Assembly (NCBI GenBank): GCA_964449835.1
Contig: CAYVBZ010000002.1
Span: 6,837-70,836, forward strand
Origin: an uncultured Coxiellaceae bacterium
GTDB taxonomy: Bacteria > Pseudomonadota > Gammaproteobacteria > DSM-16500
Length of the DNA: 64,000 nt
Direction of reading: 5' to 3'
Under the pieces are notes generated by a model. The model was not told where the DNA came from. It was given only the letters and a program-made list of their open reading frames with translations, and made no database searches. The position numbers and the translations under genes are program-made. Positions 44,389 through 53,935 of the stretch are shown here, one piece after another (the first letter of the stretch is position 1; each line of letters begins with the position of its first letter).

Positions 44389-45402
44389 CTAGGCACAGAT
44401 CTCTTGGGAAGTTTTTTGCACACGCTCACGGACCAAATCAAGTTCTTCTTCATTCAAACGGGGGCCAAACTTTGAAACCACTTTAGAGGCGGCAAAGCTC
44501 GCTAAATTACCTGCTTCGAAATAGTCATAGCCATTGGTGATTGCATAGAGAAAAGCACCTGCAAAAACATCTCCTGCGCCCACCGTGTCCATCACAGGAA
44601 CACTGTAAGCCTGGATAAATGAAAAACGTTCGCCGTCGTAGACAATCGCCCCTTCCCCACCCAGGGTAATAATAAAAGTACGTGCACATTTTTTAAGAAC
44701 AGCTTGCGCTTCCGCCAGGGTTTCTGTTTTGGTGAAAAGCAAGGCTTCCCGTTCATTGCAAAATAAAATATCAACCTGATCGCCGATAATGGCACAAAGC
44801 CCTTCATTAAAATAAGTGACCATATTGGGATCTGAGAGAGAGAGGGCTGTTTTCACGTTATGCTTTTTTGCCATTTGACGGGCAATAATAGCCGCTTCAC
44901 AACCCAAGGGTGAAGCGACCAGATAACCTTCGATATAAAGGTATTCCGCTTTTTTTAAGGCTGCTTCTGAGAGTTGGTCTTTGGAGAACTCTGAGGTGGC
45001 GCCTAAAAAAGTATTCATGGTACGGTCCGCGTCCGGCGTGACAAGGACAATACATTTTCCCGTGGTCCCTTTGCGGTGACCTTCATGCAGGTTGGTTTGA
45101 ATGCCATTCACAACTAAGTCGCGGTAGAAAAAATCGCCGGTTTCATCAGTTCCAACTTTGCAGGAATAGAAAGCTTTGCCGCCCAATTTTTGCAGCGTGA
45201 AAACCGTGTTGGCCGCAGACCCGCCGCAAGTCTTTAAATGTTTCACGCCATCCAATTCTTCCAATAAAGAATGGTGTTTTTCCTCATCTATTAAGGTCAT
45301 GACGCCTTTGGCAATATTGAGCCTCTCTAAGGTCTCCGCGCTTACCTCAAAATCAATATCGACTAAAGCATTGCCAATGGCATACACGTGAAATTTGGTC
45401 AT
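44389..45402 (-). CDS. PfkB-family kinase, adenosine kinase-like
   Basis: AIGNALVDIDFEV N-terminus and DTVGAGDVFAGAFLYA PfkB signature. Confidence 0.7.
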   Translation of the reverse strand: MTKFHVYAIGNALVDIDFEVSAETLERLNIAKGVMTLIDEEKHHSLLEELDGVKHLKTCGGSAANTVFTLQKLGGKAFYSCKVGTDETGDFFYRDLVVNGIQTNLHEGHRKGTTGKCIVLVTPDADRTMNTFLGATSEFSKDQLSEAALKKAEYLYIEGYLVASPLGCEAAIIARQMAKKHNVKTALSLSDPNMVTYFNEGLCAIIGDQVDILFCNEREALLFTKTETLAEAQAVLKKCARTFIITLGGEGAIVYDGERFSFIQAYSVPVMDTVGAGDVFAGAFLYAITNGYDYFEAGNLASFAASKVVSKFGPRLNEEELDLVRERVQKTSQEICA

Positions 45403-45435
45403 TATAAAACTTCCTGTAAAAAGGTTCGCAGTTTA

Positions 45436-46323
45436 TTACAATACTCTCCACTTTGAAACAGGCAGGCGCGCCGCTTGTTCTTTCAAGTTAAGCAGGTCCA
45501 GTATCTCCAAACTCAGTTCAGCTTGATTTAAAGTATAAAAATGCAGTCCAGGCGCTCCGCCTTCGATCAGGCGGCGGCACAGTTCATACACCACTTCCAA
45601 GCCGAGTTTCCGCAATGACTCTTGATCATCGCCATAGGCTTCGAGCCGCCTGCTCAGCCAACGGGGAATTTCAGCGCCGCAAGCTTCTGAAAAACGGCGT
45701 AATTTACTAAACTGGCCGATGGGCATAATGCCCGGCACAATCGGAATAGAGATGCCAAAATCCGCGCAATAGTCCTGAAAATAAAAATAAGCATCTGGGT
45801 TAAAAAAATACTGTGTGATGGCGCTGTTTGCACCCGCTTCGACTTTCTTCTTAAAGTTTAAAATATCGCTCAAGGCATTCTTCGACTGAGGATGAAACTC
45901 GGGATAGGCCGCGACCTCAATATGAAAATGATCATGCGTGACCTCACGAATCAACTCGACTAATTCGCTTGCAAAACGAAACTCTCCGCTTTGGCCCATG
46001 CCGGAAGGCAGATCACCCCGCAGGGCCACTAAACGGCTGACGCCGAGCTGCTGATAAAAATGCAGTAATTCGACCACTTCCTCACGGCCTGCGCCCACAC
46101 AGGATAAATGTGGCGCAATCGGAATGTCTGTTTTTTTCTGGAGCATCGTGACCGTGTCCAAGGTCCCAGTCCGTGTCGAGCCGCCCGCTCCAAAGGTCAC
46201 TGAAAAAAAATCTGGGACTGTTTGCGCTAAAGTTGCAGCTGTGTCAGAAAGGTTTTCTTTTCCTTCCGATGTTTTCGGGGGAAAAAACTCAAAGCTGATG
46301 TTGAGATTTACTTGCCTTTTCAT
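45436..46323 (-). CDS. metF: 5,10-methylenetetrahydrofolate reductase
   Basis: SFEFFPPKT.., FFSVTFGAGGSTR and LRGD motifs. 295 aa. Confidence 0.9.
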   Translation of the reverse strand: MKRQVNLNISFEFFPPKTSEGKENLSDTAATLAQTVPDFFSVTFGAGGSTRTGTLDTVTMLQKKTDIPIAPHLSCVGAGREEVVELLHFYQQLGVSRLVALRGDLPSGMGQSGEFRFASELVELIREVTHDHFHIEVAAYPEFHPQSKNALSDILNFKKKVEAGANSAITQYFFNPDAYFYFQDYCADFGISIPIVPGIMPIGQFSKLRRFSEACGAEIPRWLSRRLEAYGDDQESLRKLGLEVVYELCRRLIEGGAPGLHFYTLNQAELSLEILDLLNLKEQAARLPVSKWRVL

Positions 46324-46406
46324 GAGAGAGCAGTCCTTGTTGATTCAACATTATATACCCATTACACTTCAAAATGCGATATTAGCATTATGAAGTGACT
46401 CTACAC

Positions 46407-49400
46407 TTAATCTTTTAAATGCTGCGTTAGCCACCGCTTGATTGACGCAAGGTCCAGTTCTTTTCTCTCCGCGTAATCATTGACCTGGTCCTCATCAATC
46501 TTACCCACCCCAAAATATCGCGACTCTGGATGAGAAAAGTAAAAGCCACTCACAGAAGAAGCCGGCAGCATCGCGTAATTGTCGGTCAAAATCATCCCAG
46601 CCTGCCGTGGGGCATCCAACAAACTAAACAAAAGCGGCTTTTCCGTATGGTCCGGACAAGCTGGGTAACCAGGCGCGGGACGAATGCCCACATATTTTTC
46701 TGCAATTAAATCTGCGTTATTCCACTGTTCGCCTGCTTGATATCCCCAAAACTCTTTTCGCACCCGCTCATGCACATGCTCCGCAAACGCTTCCGCCAAA
46801 CGGTCCGCCAAGGCTTTGAGCAAAATACTGCTATATTCATCATTATTTTTTTCAAACGCCAGCACACGCTCATCCAAGTTCAAACCAGCAGTTACTGCAA
46901 ACCCTCCCAGGTAATCAGGCACACCGGAAGACTTAGGCGCGACGAAATCCGCGAGACAAAGATTAAATTTATCCTTGGGCTTTCTGGTTTGCTGGCGCAG
47001 CATCCGAAATGTCGCGATCACTTGCTCGCGGTTTTCATCCGCGTAAAGTTCAATATCATCTCCAACGCTGTTTGCAGGGAAAAAGCCGATGACGCCGTTG
47101 GCTTTGAGCCACTGCTCTTCAGTTATTTTATGCAGCATGGCTTGCGCGTCTGCGAACAAACTTCTTGCGGCTTCGCCAATCACTTCATCCTCTAAAATTT
47201 TGGGATAAGATCCGGCTAATTCCCAAGCATGGAAAAAGGGAGACCAGTCAATATAAGGCACTAAGTTGCTTAAGGGATAAGCTTCTAAAGTTTGCAACCC
47301 CAGTTTCGCAGGCTTAGGCGGCAGATACCCTTCCCAGCTCAAGGCAAGCTTATTCTGACGCGCTTCGGAAAGACTCAGCATTTCATTTTCAGAGCGCTTG
47401 TTTTTATGCCGTTCACGAAGCTTCGCGTAATCTTCCCGGGTTGTTTGAACAAAAGCAGCCTGGTGTTCCTCACTCAAAAGTTGCGAGACCACACCGACTG
47501 CACGGGAGGCATCCACCACATGGACAGTTGCGCCGGCATAGTTCTGCTCTATTTTAATGGCCGTATGTGCGCGAGAGGTCGTTGCGCCGCCAATCAACAA
47601 GGGAAGATTAAATTGCAGTCTTTGCATTTCTTTGGCAACCTGGACCATTTCTTCTAGCGAGGGGGTAATCAGGCCGCTTAAACCGATGATGTCCACCTTC
47701 TCCGCACGCGCCGTTTCCAAGATTTTTTCGCAGGGAACCATAACACCGAGATCCAAAACCTCATAATTATTACAGCGCAAAACAACACCAACGATATTTT
47801 TGCCAATATCGTGGACATCGCCTTTGACGGTCGCCATTAAAATTTTTCCCTTATGTTGCTTGCGGCCAGCGCTCTCCGCTTCGAGAAAGGGAAGCAAATA
47901 AGCAACAGCCTGCTTCATCACCCGCGCGCTTTTAACAACCTGAGGCAAAAACATTTTGCCGGCACCAAATAAATCCCCGACGATGTTCATGCCGTCCATC
48001 AAAGGGCCTTCGATCACTTTCAGCGGGCTGCCTAAATGCAGGCGCGCCGCCTCCGCGTCCTCCGTGATATAGGTATTAATCCCCTTCACTAAAGCATGAC
48101 TCAAACGCTCCGTTACACTTTGTTGCCGCCAGCTTAAATCTTCGGTTTTGGTCTTGGCCTGCCCTTTGATGGAATCAGCCACTTCCAACAAACGGTCTGT
48201 CGCATCGGGGCGACGATTTAAAATCACATCTTCTACGCGTTCCAGCAGTGCTTTGGGAATTTCCTCATAAATCGCCAAACTGCCCGCGTTGACAATTCCC
48301 ATGGTCAGTCCCGCGCGGATAGCGTGATAAAGAAAAACGGCGTGAATGGCTTCCCGGATAGGGTTATTGCCACGAAAAGCAAAAGAAACATTGCTCACCC
48401 CACCGCTCACCAGCGCATGAGGCAGAGAGGCCTTGATACGCCGGGTAGCGTTAATAAAGTCGACGCCATAGTTATTATGCTCTTCGATGCCGGTCGCAAC
48501 TGCAAAGATATTCGGATCAAAAATAATGTCCTCCGGCGAAAATCCCACTTGTTCGACCAGAAGCTGATAGGAGCGGGCACAAATCGCGACTTTTCGTTCC
48601 TCCGTATCTGCTTGGCCCGTCTCATCAAAGGCCATCACAACCACTGCGGCACCATAACATTTAGCCAAGCTCGCTTTCTCAAGAAAGGCGGACTCGCCAT
48701 CTTTCAAGCTAATGGAGTTAATGATGCCCTTGCCCTGAATACATTTCAGGCCAGCTTCAATCACAGACCACTTGGAAGAATCAATCATCACGGGTACACG
48801 GGCAATGTCCGGTTCCGAAGCGATTAAATTTAAAAATTTCACCATGGCTGCTTCAGCATCAAGCATCCCTTCATCCATGTTAACGTCGATGATCTGAGCG
48901 CCATTCAGAACTTGATCACGCGCAACTTCTAATGCAGCGGTATAATTGTCGTTGCGAATTAAATCGGCGAAACGGATGGAACCGGTCACGTTCGTGCGCT
49001 CTCCGACATTCACAAAAAGCGAGCTCTCGTCGATAATTAAAGGCTCCAGGCCACTAAGACGGCAGGCTTTTTGAATGGAAGGGATTTGGCGGGGGGGACA
49101 AGCTTGGACAACTTCTGCTAAAACGCGGACATGCTCGGGTGTTGTGCCACAACAGCCGCCCACTATATTTAGAAAACCGCTTTCGGCAAACTCACCGACC
49201 ACGCTAGCCATGGTCTCTGGTGATTCATCATACTCACCAAAAGCATTAGGCAGGCCGGCATTGGCATGTAAACTCGTATAGGTATCGGCCAGTCCCGCTA
49301 ATTCCTGAATATAAGGCCGCAAGGCCGCGGCGCCGAGCGCACAATTTAAACCGATGGCCACAGGCTTAGCATGACGGACTGAATTCCAAAAAGCTGCTGT

Positions 49401-50075
49401 GGTTTGACCAGACAAGGTACGCCCGCTGGCATCAGTGATGGTACCTGAAATCATCAAAGGCAAACGGACTTGATGTTCTGCGAAATATTTTTCCACGGCA
49501 AAAATCGCCGCCTTGCAATTCAAGGTGTCAAAGATGGTTTCGATCATCAGTAAATCAGCTTGGCCTTCAACTAAACCTTGTACAGCATTAAGATAGGCAG
49601 TCACTAAAGCATCGAAGGTGACATTACGGAAGCCAGGGTCATTCACATCAGGAGACAGAGAAGCAGTACGATTGGTAGGACCTATGACTCCCACCACAAA
49701 CCGGGGTTTCTGGGGCGTTTTCAAGCTGGCTGCGTCCGCCGCGCGGCGAGCGAGCTTGGCCGCGGTAAAATTCAATTCATAGGCCAAATCGGCCATATGG
49801 TAATCCGCAAGCGAGATCGAGGTTGAATTAAAGCTATTGGTTTCGATTAGGTCAGCACCCGCATCCAGATAGGCTGTGTGAATGTCAGAAATAATTTGAG
49901 GTTGGGTCAAGCAAAGAAGGTCGTTGTTTCCCTTTAGAGAATGGGAAAAATCGCGGAAACGTTCGCCACGGTAATCGCTTTCTTGCAGCTGATAAGCCTG
50001 GATCATGGTGCCCATGCCGCCGTCGAGTAGCAAGATGCGTTGTTTTAGAAGGGTTGTTAGTTTGGCTTGGGTCAT
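46407..50075 (-). CDS. metH: cobalamin-dependent methionine synthase
   Basis: 1222 aa, full five-module layout. GGCCGTTP (Hcy domain), [10 protein letters not shown] (B12 DxHxxG) and the C-terminal AdoMet activation domain. Confidence 0.95.
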   Translation of the reverse strand: MTQAKLTTLLKQRILLLDGGMGTMIQAYQLQESDYRGERFRDFSHSLKGNNDLLCLTQPQIISDIHTAYLDAGADLIETNSFNSTSISLADYHMADLAYELNFTAAKLARRAADAASLKTPQKPRFVVGVIGPTNRTASLSPDVNDPGFRNVTFDALVTAYLNAVQGLVEGQADLLMIETIFDTLNCKAAIFAVEKYFAEHQVRLPLMISGTITDASGRTLSGQTTAAFWNSVRHAKPVAIGLNCALGAAALRPYIQELAGLADTYTSLHANAGLPNAFGEYDESPETMASVVGEFAESGFLNIVGGCCGTTPEHVRVLAEVVQACPPRQIPSIQKACRLSGLEPLIIDESSLFVNVGERTNVTGSIRFADLIRNDNYTAALEVARDQVLNGAQIIDVNMDEGMLDAEAAMVKFLNLIASEPDIARVPVMIDSSKWSVIEAGLKCIQGKGIINSISLKDGESAFLEKASLAKCYGAAVVVMAFDETGQADTEERKVAICARSYQLLVEQVGFSPEDIIFDPNIFAVATGIEEHNNYGVDFINATRRIKASLPHALVSGGVSNVSFAFRGNNPIREAIHAVFLYHAIRAGLTMGIVNAGSLAIYEEIPKALLERVEDVILNRRPDATDRLLEVADSIKGQAKTKTEDLSWRQQSVTERLSHALVKGINTYITEDAEAARLHLGSPLKVIEGPLMDGMNIVGDLFGAGKMFLPQVVKSARVMKQAVAYLLPFLEAESAGRKQHKGKILMATVKGDVHDIGKNIVGVVLRCNNYEVLDLGVMVPCEKILETARAEKVDIIGLSGLITPSLEEMVQVAKEMQRLQFNLPLLIGGATTSRAHTAIKIEQNYAGATVHVVDASRAVGVVSQLLSEEHQAAFVQTTREDYAKLRERHKNKRSENEMLSLSEARQNKLALSWEGYLPPKPAKLGLQTLEAYPLSNLVPYIDWSPFFHAWELAGSYPKILEDEVIGEAARSLFADAQAMLHKITEEQWLKANGVIGFFPANSVGDDIELYADENREQVIATFRMLRQQTRKPKDKFNLCLADFVAPKSSGVPDYLGGFAVTAGLNLDERVLAFEKNNDEYSSILLKALADRLAEAFAEHVHERVRKEFWGYQAGEQWNNADLIAEKYVGIRPAPGYPACPDHTEKPLLFSLLDAPRQAGMILTDNYAMLPASSVSGFYFSHPESRYFGVGKIDEDQVNDYAERKELDLASIKRWLTQHLKD

Positions 50076-50194
50076 TGGTGGTTACACTTAAGGTGGCCCT
50101 TTGAGACGGTGCTTCGCACCTCCTCAGGGCGAATGATTTTTTTGTTCTTCCGATGAAGTCCTTGGGAGACTTCATCGGGAAGAATTATTACGTT
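50076..50194 (-). promoter_or_regulatory. structured metK-metH intergenic leader: 16-bp hairpin (50145-50184) plus an imperfect hairpin (50096-50130)
   Basis: Minus-strand RNA reads UUCUUCC(C)GAUGAAGUC-UCCCAAG-GACUUCAUCGGAAGAA, then GCCCUGAGGAGGUGCGAAGCACCGUCUCAAAGGGC. A downstream CACCU can pair with AGGUG. Confidence 0.3.
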
Positions 50195-51358
50195 TTAAGC
50201 TGCTTTTAAAAGCAAATTCGCTTTATCAATGCTTTCCCAGCTTACCTTGAGATCATCGCGGCCAAAATGTCCATAAGCCGCCGTTTGACGGTAAATGGGA
50301 TGCAGCAGGTCCAACATTTTAACAATACCATAAGGACGCAGATCAAAATTTTCACGGACCAGTTGAATGATCTTGTGATTGGGGAGCTTGCCGGTGCCAA
50401 AAGTATCTACGTGAATGGAAGTGGGCTCGGCCACGCCAATCGCGTAAGAAATTTGAATTTCGCAACGTTCTGCAAGGCCGGCTGCCACAATATTTTTCGC
50501 AACATAACGGCAAGCATAGGCTGCGGAACGGTCCACTTTAGACGGGTCCTTGCCTGAGAAACAGCCGCCGCCATGACGCGCCATGCCGCCATAAGTGTCC
50601 ACAATAATTTTTCGGCCGGTCAAACCACAGTCGCCTAAAGGCCCGCCGATCACAAAACGCCCGGTGGGGTTGACTAAGTAGCGCGTTTCTTTGCTAATCC
50701 ATTCTTTAGGAAGGACCGGTTTGATAATTTCTTCAATGACGGCTTCTTGCAAGTCCGCATGAGAGATGTCCGGATGATGTTGCGTGGAAAGCACGACGGT
50801 CTGGACGGAAACAGGCTTGTTATCGACATAACGGAAAGTGATTTGACTCTTGGCGTCTGGTCGCAGCCATTTTAAGCTGCCATTTTTACGCAACTGAGAC
50901 TGGCGCTTCACTAATTCGTGTGCATAGAAAATCGGGGCTGGCATTAAGCTCTGTGTTTCATTGCAAGCATAGCCAAACATGAGTCCTTGGTCTCCGGCAC
51001 CCTGGTCTTCGGATTTTGCACGATCGACGCCTTGGGCAATATCAACGGATTGTTTGCCAATCGCAGACATCACGGCACAAGAAGCCCAGTCAAAACCCAT
51101 TTCAGAGCTATCGTAGCCAATATCGCGCACCACATTGCGGGCCAGTTGCTCCACATCGACCCAAGCTGAGGTCGTGACTTCCCCGCCCACTAAAACCATG
51201 CCGGTTTTAACAAAGGTTTCACAGGCGACTCGCGCTTGTTTATCGGTTGCAAGCATGGCATCCAAAATAGCATCAGAAATTTGGTCGGCGATTTTATCCG
51301 GATGTCCTTCCGAAACAGATTCGGACGTAAAAAGATATTCATCGTGCATATTGGGCAT
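50195..51358 (-). CDS. metK: S-adenosylmethionine synthetase
   Basis: [26 protein letters not shown] and [16 protein letters not shown]. Confidence 0.95.
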   Translation of the reverse strand: MPNMHDEYLFTSESVSEGHPDKIADQISDAILDAMLATDKQARVACETFVKTGMVLVGGEVTTSAWVDVEQLARNVVRDIGYDSSEMGFDWASCAVMSAIGKQSVDIAQGVDRAKSEDQGAGDQGLMFGYACNETQSLMPAPIFYAHELVKRQSQLRKNGSLKWLRPDAKSQITFRYVDNKPVSVQTVVLSTQHHPDISHADLQEAVIEEIIKPVLPKEWISKETRYLVNPTGRFVIGGPLGDCGLTGRKIIVDTYGGMARHGGGCFSGKDPSKVDRSAAYACRYVAKNIVAAGLAERCEIQISYAIGVAEPTSIHVDTFGTGKLPNHKIIQLVRENFDLRPYGIVKMLDLLHPIYRQTAAYGHFGRDDLKVSWESIDKANLLLKAA

Positions 51359-51472
51359 TCCTTTCTTAAATGGAGATTAAAGTGCAAAATCATACTACTT
51401 TTTGAATCAGAAGGGTAGCAGAACTAAAAGCGAATGCCGCATTGTGAGGAGAGCAGCGAGGCGGCAACTGAA

Positions 51473-52069
51473 TTACCGTAGAGAGGCGTTTTGTGCTGGA
51501 AAAGACTCTGGAAGATAGTGAGCAGTCCGCAGATAATCCGCTGTGTCCCAAACAACCTGCCCATTCGGATAAATACGCAGCGTTTGCCCCTTTTGCTGGG
51601 CTTTTTTGTAAGACTGCTCTTTAATCCGCGCAATTAGCACCTTGATACTTTTAAGCTGATGAAAATGACTTTCAGGAATACTATCGCGCAATTGGATTAA
51701 GTTCATCAGCGGCGTCTTCCCGCGGTTATTTGCCCGCAATGGGTCAGCAGCATGCGCAAGGAGGGTATCGATCACTGCTAGCTTTTTTTGCAGAGAACGC
51801 GTTGGCGCTTGAACGAGGAGGTTAAATGGCGTATTCCCATCCGCATCGAGAGGATCGACGCTGGCGTTTTTCTTAAGCAAATAACTGACTATTTCATTGT
51901 TTTCACAAGAGGCGCCCCAATGAAGCGATGTTTTGAGGCTTTCAGGACCGGCTTCGTTAACATTAGCCCCGCGAACTTTAGTTAGCCTTTTTACTTCTTG
52001 AAAATTTCCTTCACTTGCCGCTTGACGCAAAGGCTGCATTCCAGCAACCAAATAAGGCAAATTTCTCAT
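51473..52069 (-). CDS. ankyrin-repeat protein (about 3 ANK repeats)
   Basis: TSLHWGASCENNEIVSYLLKKNASVDPLDADGNTPFNLL and GKTPLMNLI fit the ANK consensus. ATG at 52069 is preceded by GGGAGACAAGG; the listed 52138 start is a TTG. Confidence 0.75.
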   Translation of the reverse strand: MRNLPYLVAGMQPLRQAASEGNFQEVKRLTKVRGANVNEAGPESLKTSLHWGASCENNEIVSYLLKKNASVDPLDADGNTPFNLLVQAPTRSLQKKLAVIDTLLAHAADPLRANNRGKTPLMNLIQLRDSIPESHFHQLKSIKVLIARIKEQSYKKAQQKGQTLRIYPNGQVVWDTADYLRTAHYLPESFPAQNASLR

Positions 52070-52162
52070 CCTTGTCTCCCGATCGTTGTCTTTCAACTCT
52101 CGGATAGGTAGTATATAAAAAAAATTGACTTCTGCCAAGGCTTAGAATTTAACAAAAAACTC

Positions 52163-52537
52163 ATGACCTCATTTTCTTTAGATAACAACCAAGCCCACTA
52201 CCAAATTCGCGCCTTCCGGCCTGGACAAATTCAAGTGAACGATCGTCTTTTGAATACTAGCTTGATTATTGCTGCGCAGCATTTAATTGAGAACTGGACG
52301 CCGACGACGGCTGCTGAGATCACAGCGGAAAGCTTGGCCCAGGCTGCGGCGCTGCGGCCGGATATTTTGCTGATCGGGACGGGAACAACGCAGCAGCTCC
52401 TTCCACTGGAAATTTATGGAGAGCTGCTGAATCAAGGGATTGGCGTAGAAGTGATGGATACTTCAGCCGCTTGCAGGACTTACAATGCGCTGACTTCAGA
52501 AAACCGGAATGTGGTGGCGGCTTTGGTGCTTATTTGA
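52163..52537 (+). CDS. Mth938-like / DUF498 domain protein
   Basis: 124 aa. ..PDILLIGTGTTQQLLP..GIGVEVMDTSAACRTYN pattern is typical of the family. Assignment is from memory. Confidence 0.55.
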   Translation: MTSFSLDNNQAHYQIRAFRPGQIQVNDRLLNTSLIIAAQHLIENWTPTTAAEITAESLAQAAALRPDILLIGTGTTQQLLPLEIYGELLNQGIGVEVMDTSAACRTYNALTSENRNVVAALVLI

Positions 52538-52550
52538 ATCCCCTTACTGC

Positions 52551-53831
52551 TTATTGCACAACCTCTTTCGCCCCCAAACAAGGAAAAATCCTCGCAACCT
52601 TCACCCGGTTCGCTCTCACCTCAATAATCTCAATCGGATATTTAGCAATCAAAAGCCCCGTGCCCGTCCGCGGCAGGGCCTCAAGATGTTCCGTGATCAA
52701 ACCATTAATCGTGCGTGGACCTTTGACCGGTAACTCCCAATGCACCAGGCGATTAAACTCACGCACCGGCACCATCCCATCCACCAGATAACTCCCGTCT
52801 GCTTGAATTTGGACCATCTTATGCAGGTCCGTAATACCCATCGTAAACTCACCCACAATTTCTTCTAAAATATCCTCAACGGTAATAGACCCCAAAATTT
52901 CACCGTATTCATCCACCACAAAAGCGACCTGTTCCCGTTTTTCTTGAAAACTATGCAACTGGATATTCAGCGGCGTTTGCTCCGGAATAAAATAAGGTTC
53001 TCGACGCAACGTCAGCAAATCGTCTAGCGTCAGCTCTTTCCGCCTTAATAAAAAGGCCGCCACGTCTCGCAGATACAAAACGCCGGTCAATTGATTCAGA
53101 CTCTCTCGGTAAACTGGAATCCAGTCCTGCTGTAATTTTGCGAGCCGCGAAAGGATTTCCCCCCAGGGCTGCGCCAAGTCCAAACCTTGGGTATAACGAC
53201 GCGATACCATCACATCGTTCACCGTCAATTTATTCAAATCCAGAATACCCAAGAGCATGGACTGATAGCGGCCCGGGATTTTTCCTGTGGTCTCATAGAC
53301 GACAGTACGCAGCTCTTCATGAGACAAGGCTTCTGACATCGAATGCTTTATTTTCACACCAAACAACCTTAACAGACCGTTTGACATGACATTCACTAAC
53401 CAAATCAAGGGATAAAAAAGTTGCCGCAAAATATAAATAGGAAAAACAATAATCCGGGCCACATGCTCCGGATAAAGCGCCGCCAAAGTCTTTGGGGCTG
53501 CCTCACTAAAGACTAAAATAACCAAGGTCAGCAAGAGCGTCGTCAAGAGCACACTATTTTCGCCCCACAAGTAAACACTGATGATGGTCATAATGGCTGA
53601 GCCCGAGACTGAGGCCAGGGTATTTCCAACCAGCACCACCCCCAGCAGACGGTCTGGACGCTTCAGCAAATTCAATATCAGCAAAGCAGAGCGTTTCTTA
53701 AGGCGCGCTTGATGGCGCATGCGGTAACGGTTGATCGCCATCATGGCCGTTTCGGCGGCGGAGAAAAAACCTGAAATGATAATTAAAAAAACCAGGACCG
53801 CAATTAAAATGACGAGCTTCGTATCACTCAA
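52551..53831 (-). CDS. CNNM/HlyC/CorC-family transporter (DUF21-CBS-CorC_HlyC)
   Basis: N-terminal DUF21 TM region (FFSAAETAM), CBS pair and a C-terminal CorC domain. Confidence 0.85.
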   Translation of the reverse strand: MSDTKLVILIAVLVFLIIISGFFSAAETAMMAINRYRMRHQARLKKRSALLILNLLKRPDRLLGVVLVGNTLASVSGSAIMTIISVYLWGENSVLLTTLLLTLVILVFSEAAPKTLAALYPEHVARIIVFPIYILRQLFYPLIWLVNVMSNGLLRLFGVKIKHSMSEALSHEELRTVVYETTGKIPGRYQSMLLGILDLNKLTVNDVMVSRRYTQGLDLAQPWGEILSRLAKLQQDWIPVYRESLNQLTGVLYLRDVAAFLLRRKELTLDDLLTLRREPYFIPEQTPLNIQLHSFQEKREQVAFVVDEYGEILGSITVEDILEEIVGEFTMGITDLHKMVQIQADGSYLVDGMVPVREFNRLVHWELPVKGPRTINGLITEHLEALPRTGTGLLIAKYPIEIIEVRANRVKVARIFPCLGAKEVVQ

Positions 53832-53935
53832 ATCAAGTCTCCTCCATATTCAATTTATCTTTCCCAAAAATACAGGCATAATCCGCGCACTTTATGAGTT
53901 TATAAACACTATAATTCAATTAGGGAGACAAGAGA

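Noticed and set aside
48324-48827. 167-aa ORF antisense to metH, along with other antisense ORFs at 46737-47195 and 47292-47657
   Set aside because: They lie inside a highly conserved 1222-aa gene. There are no motifs, and such ORFs are expected by chance in a long gene.
51359-51472. Possible SAM riboswitch in the metK 5' leader
   Set aside because: I read the 114-nt leader on the minus strand and found none of the SAM-I hallmarks and no convincing nested helices. This cannot be excluded without a covariance-model search.
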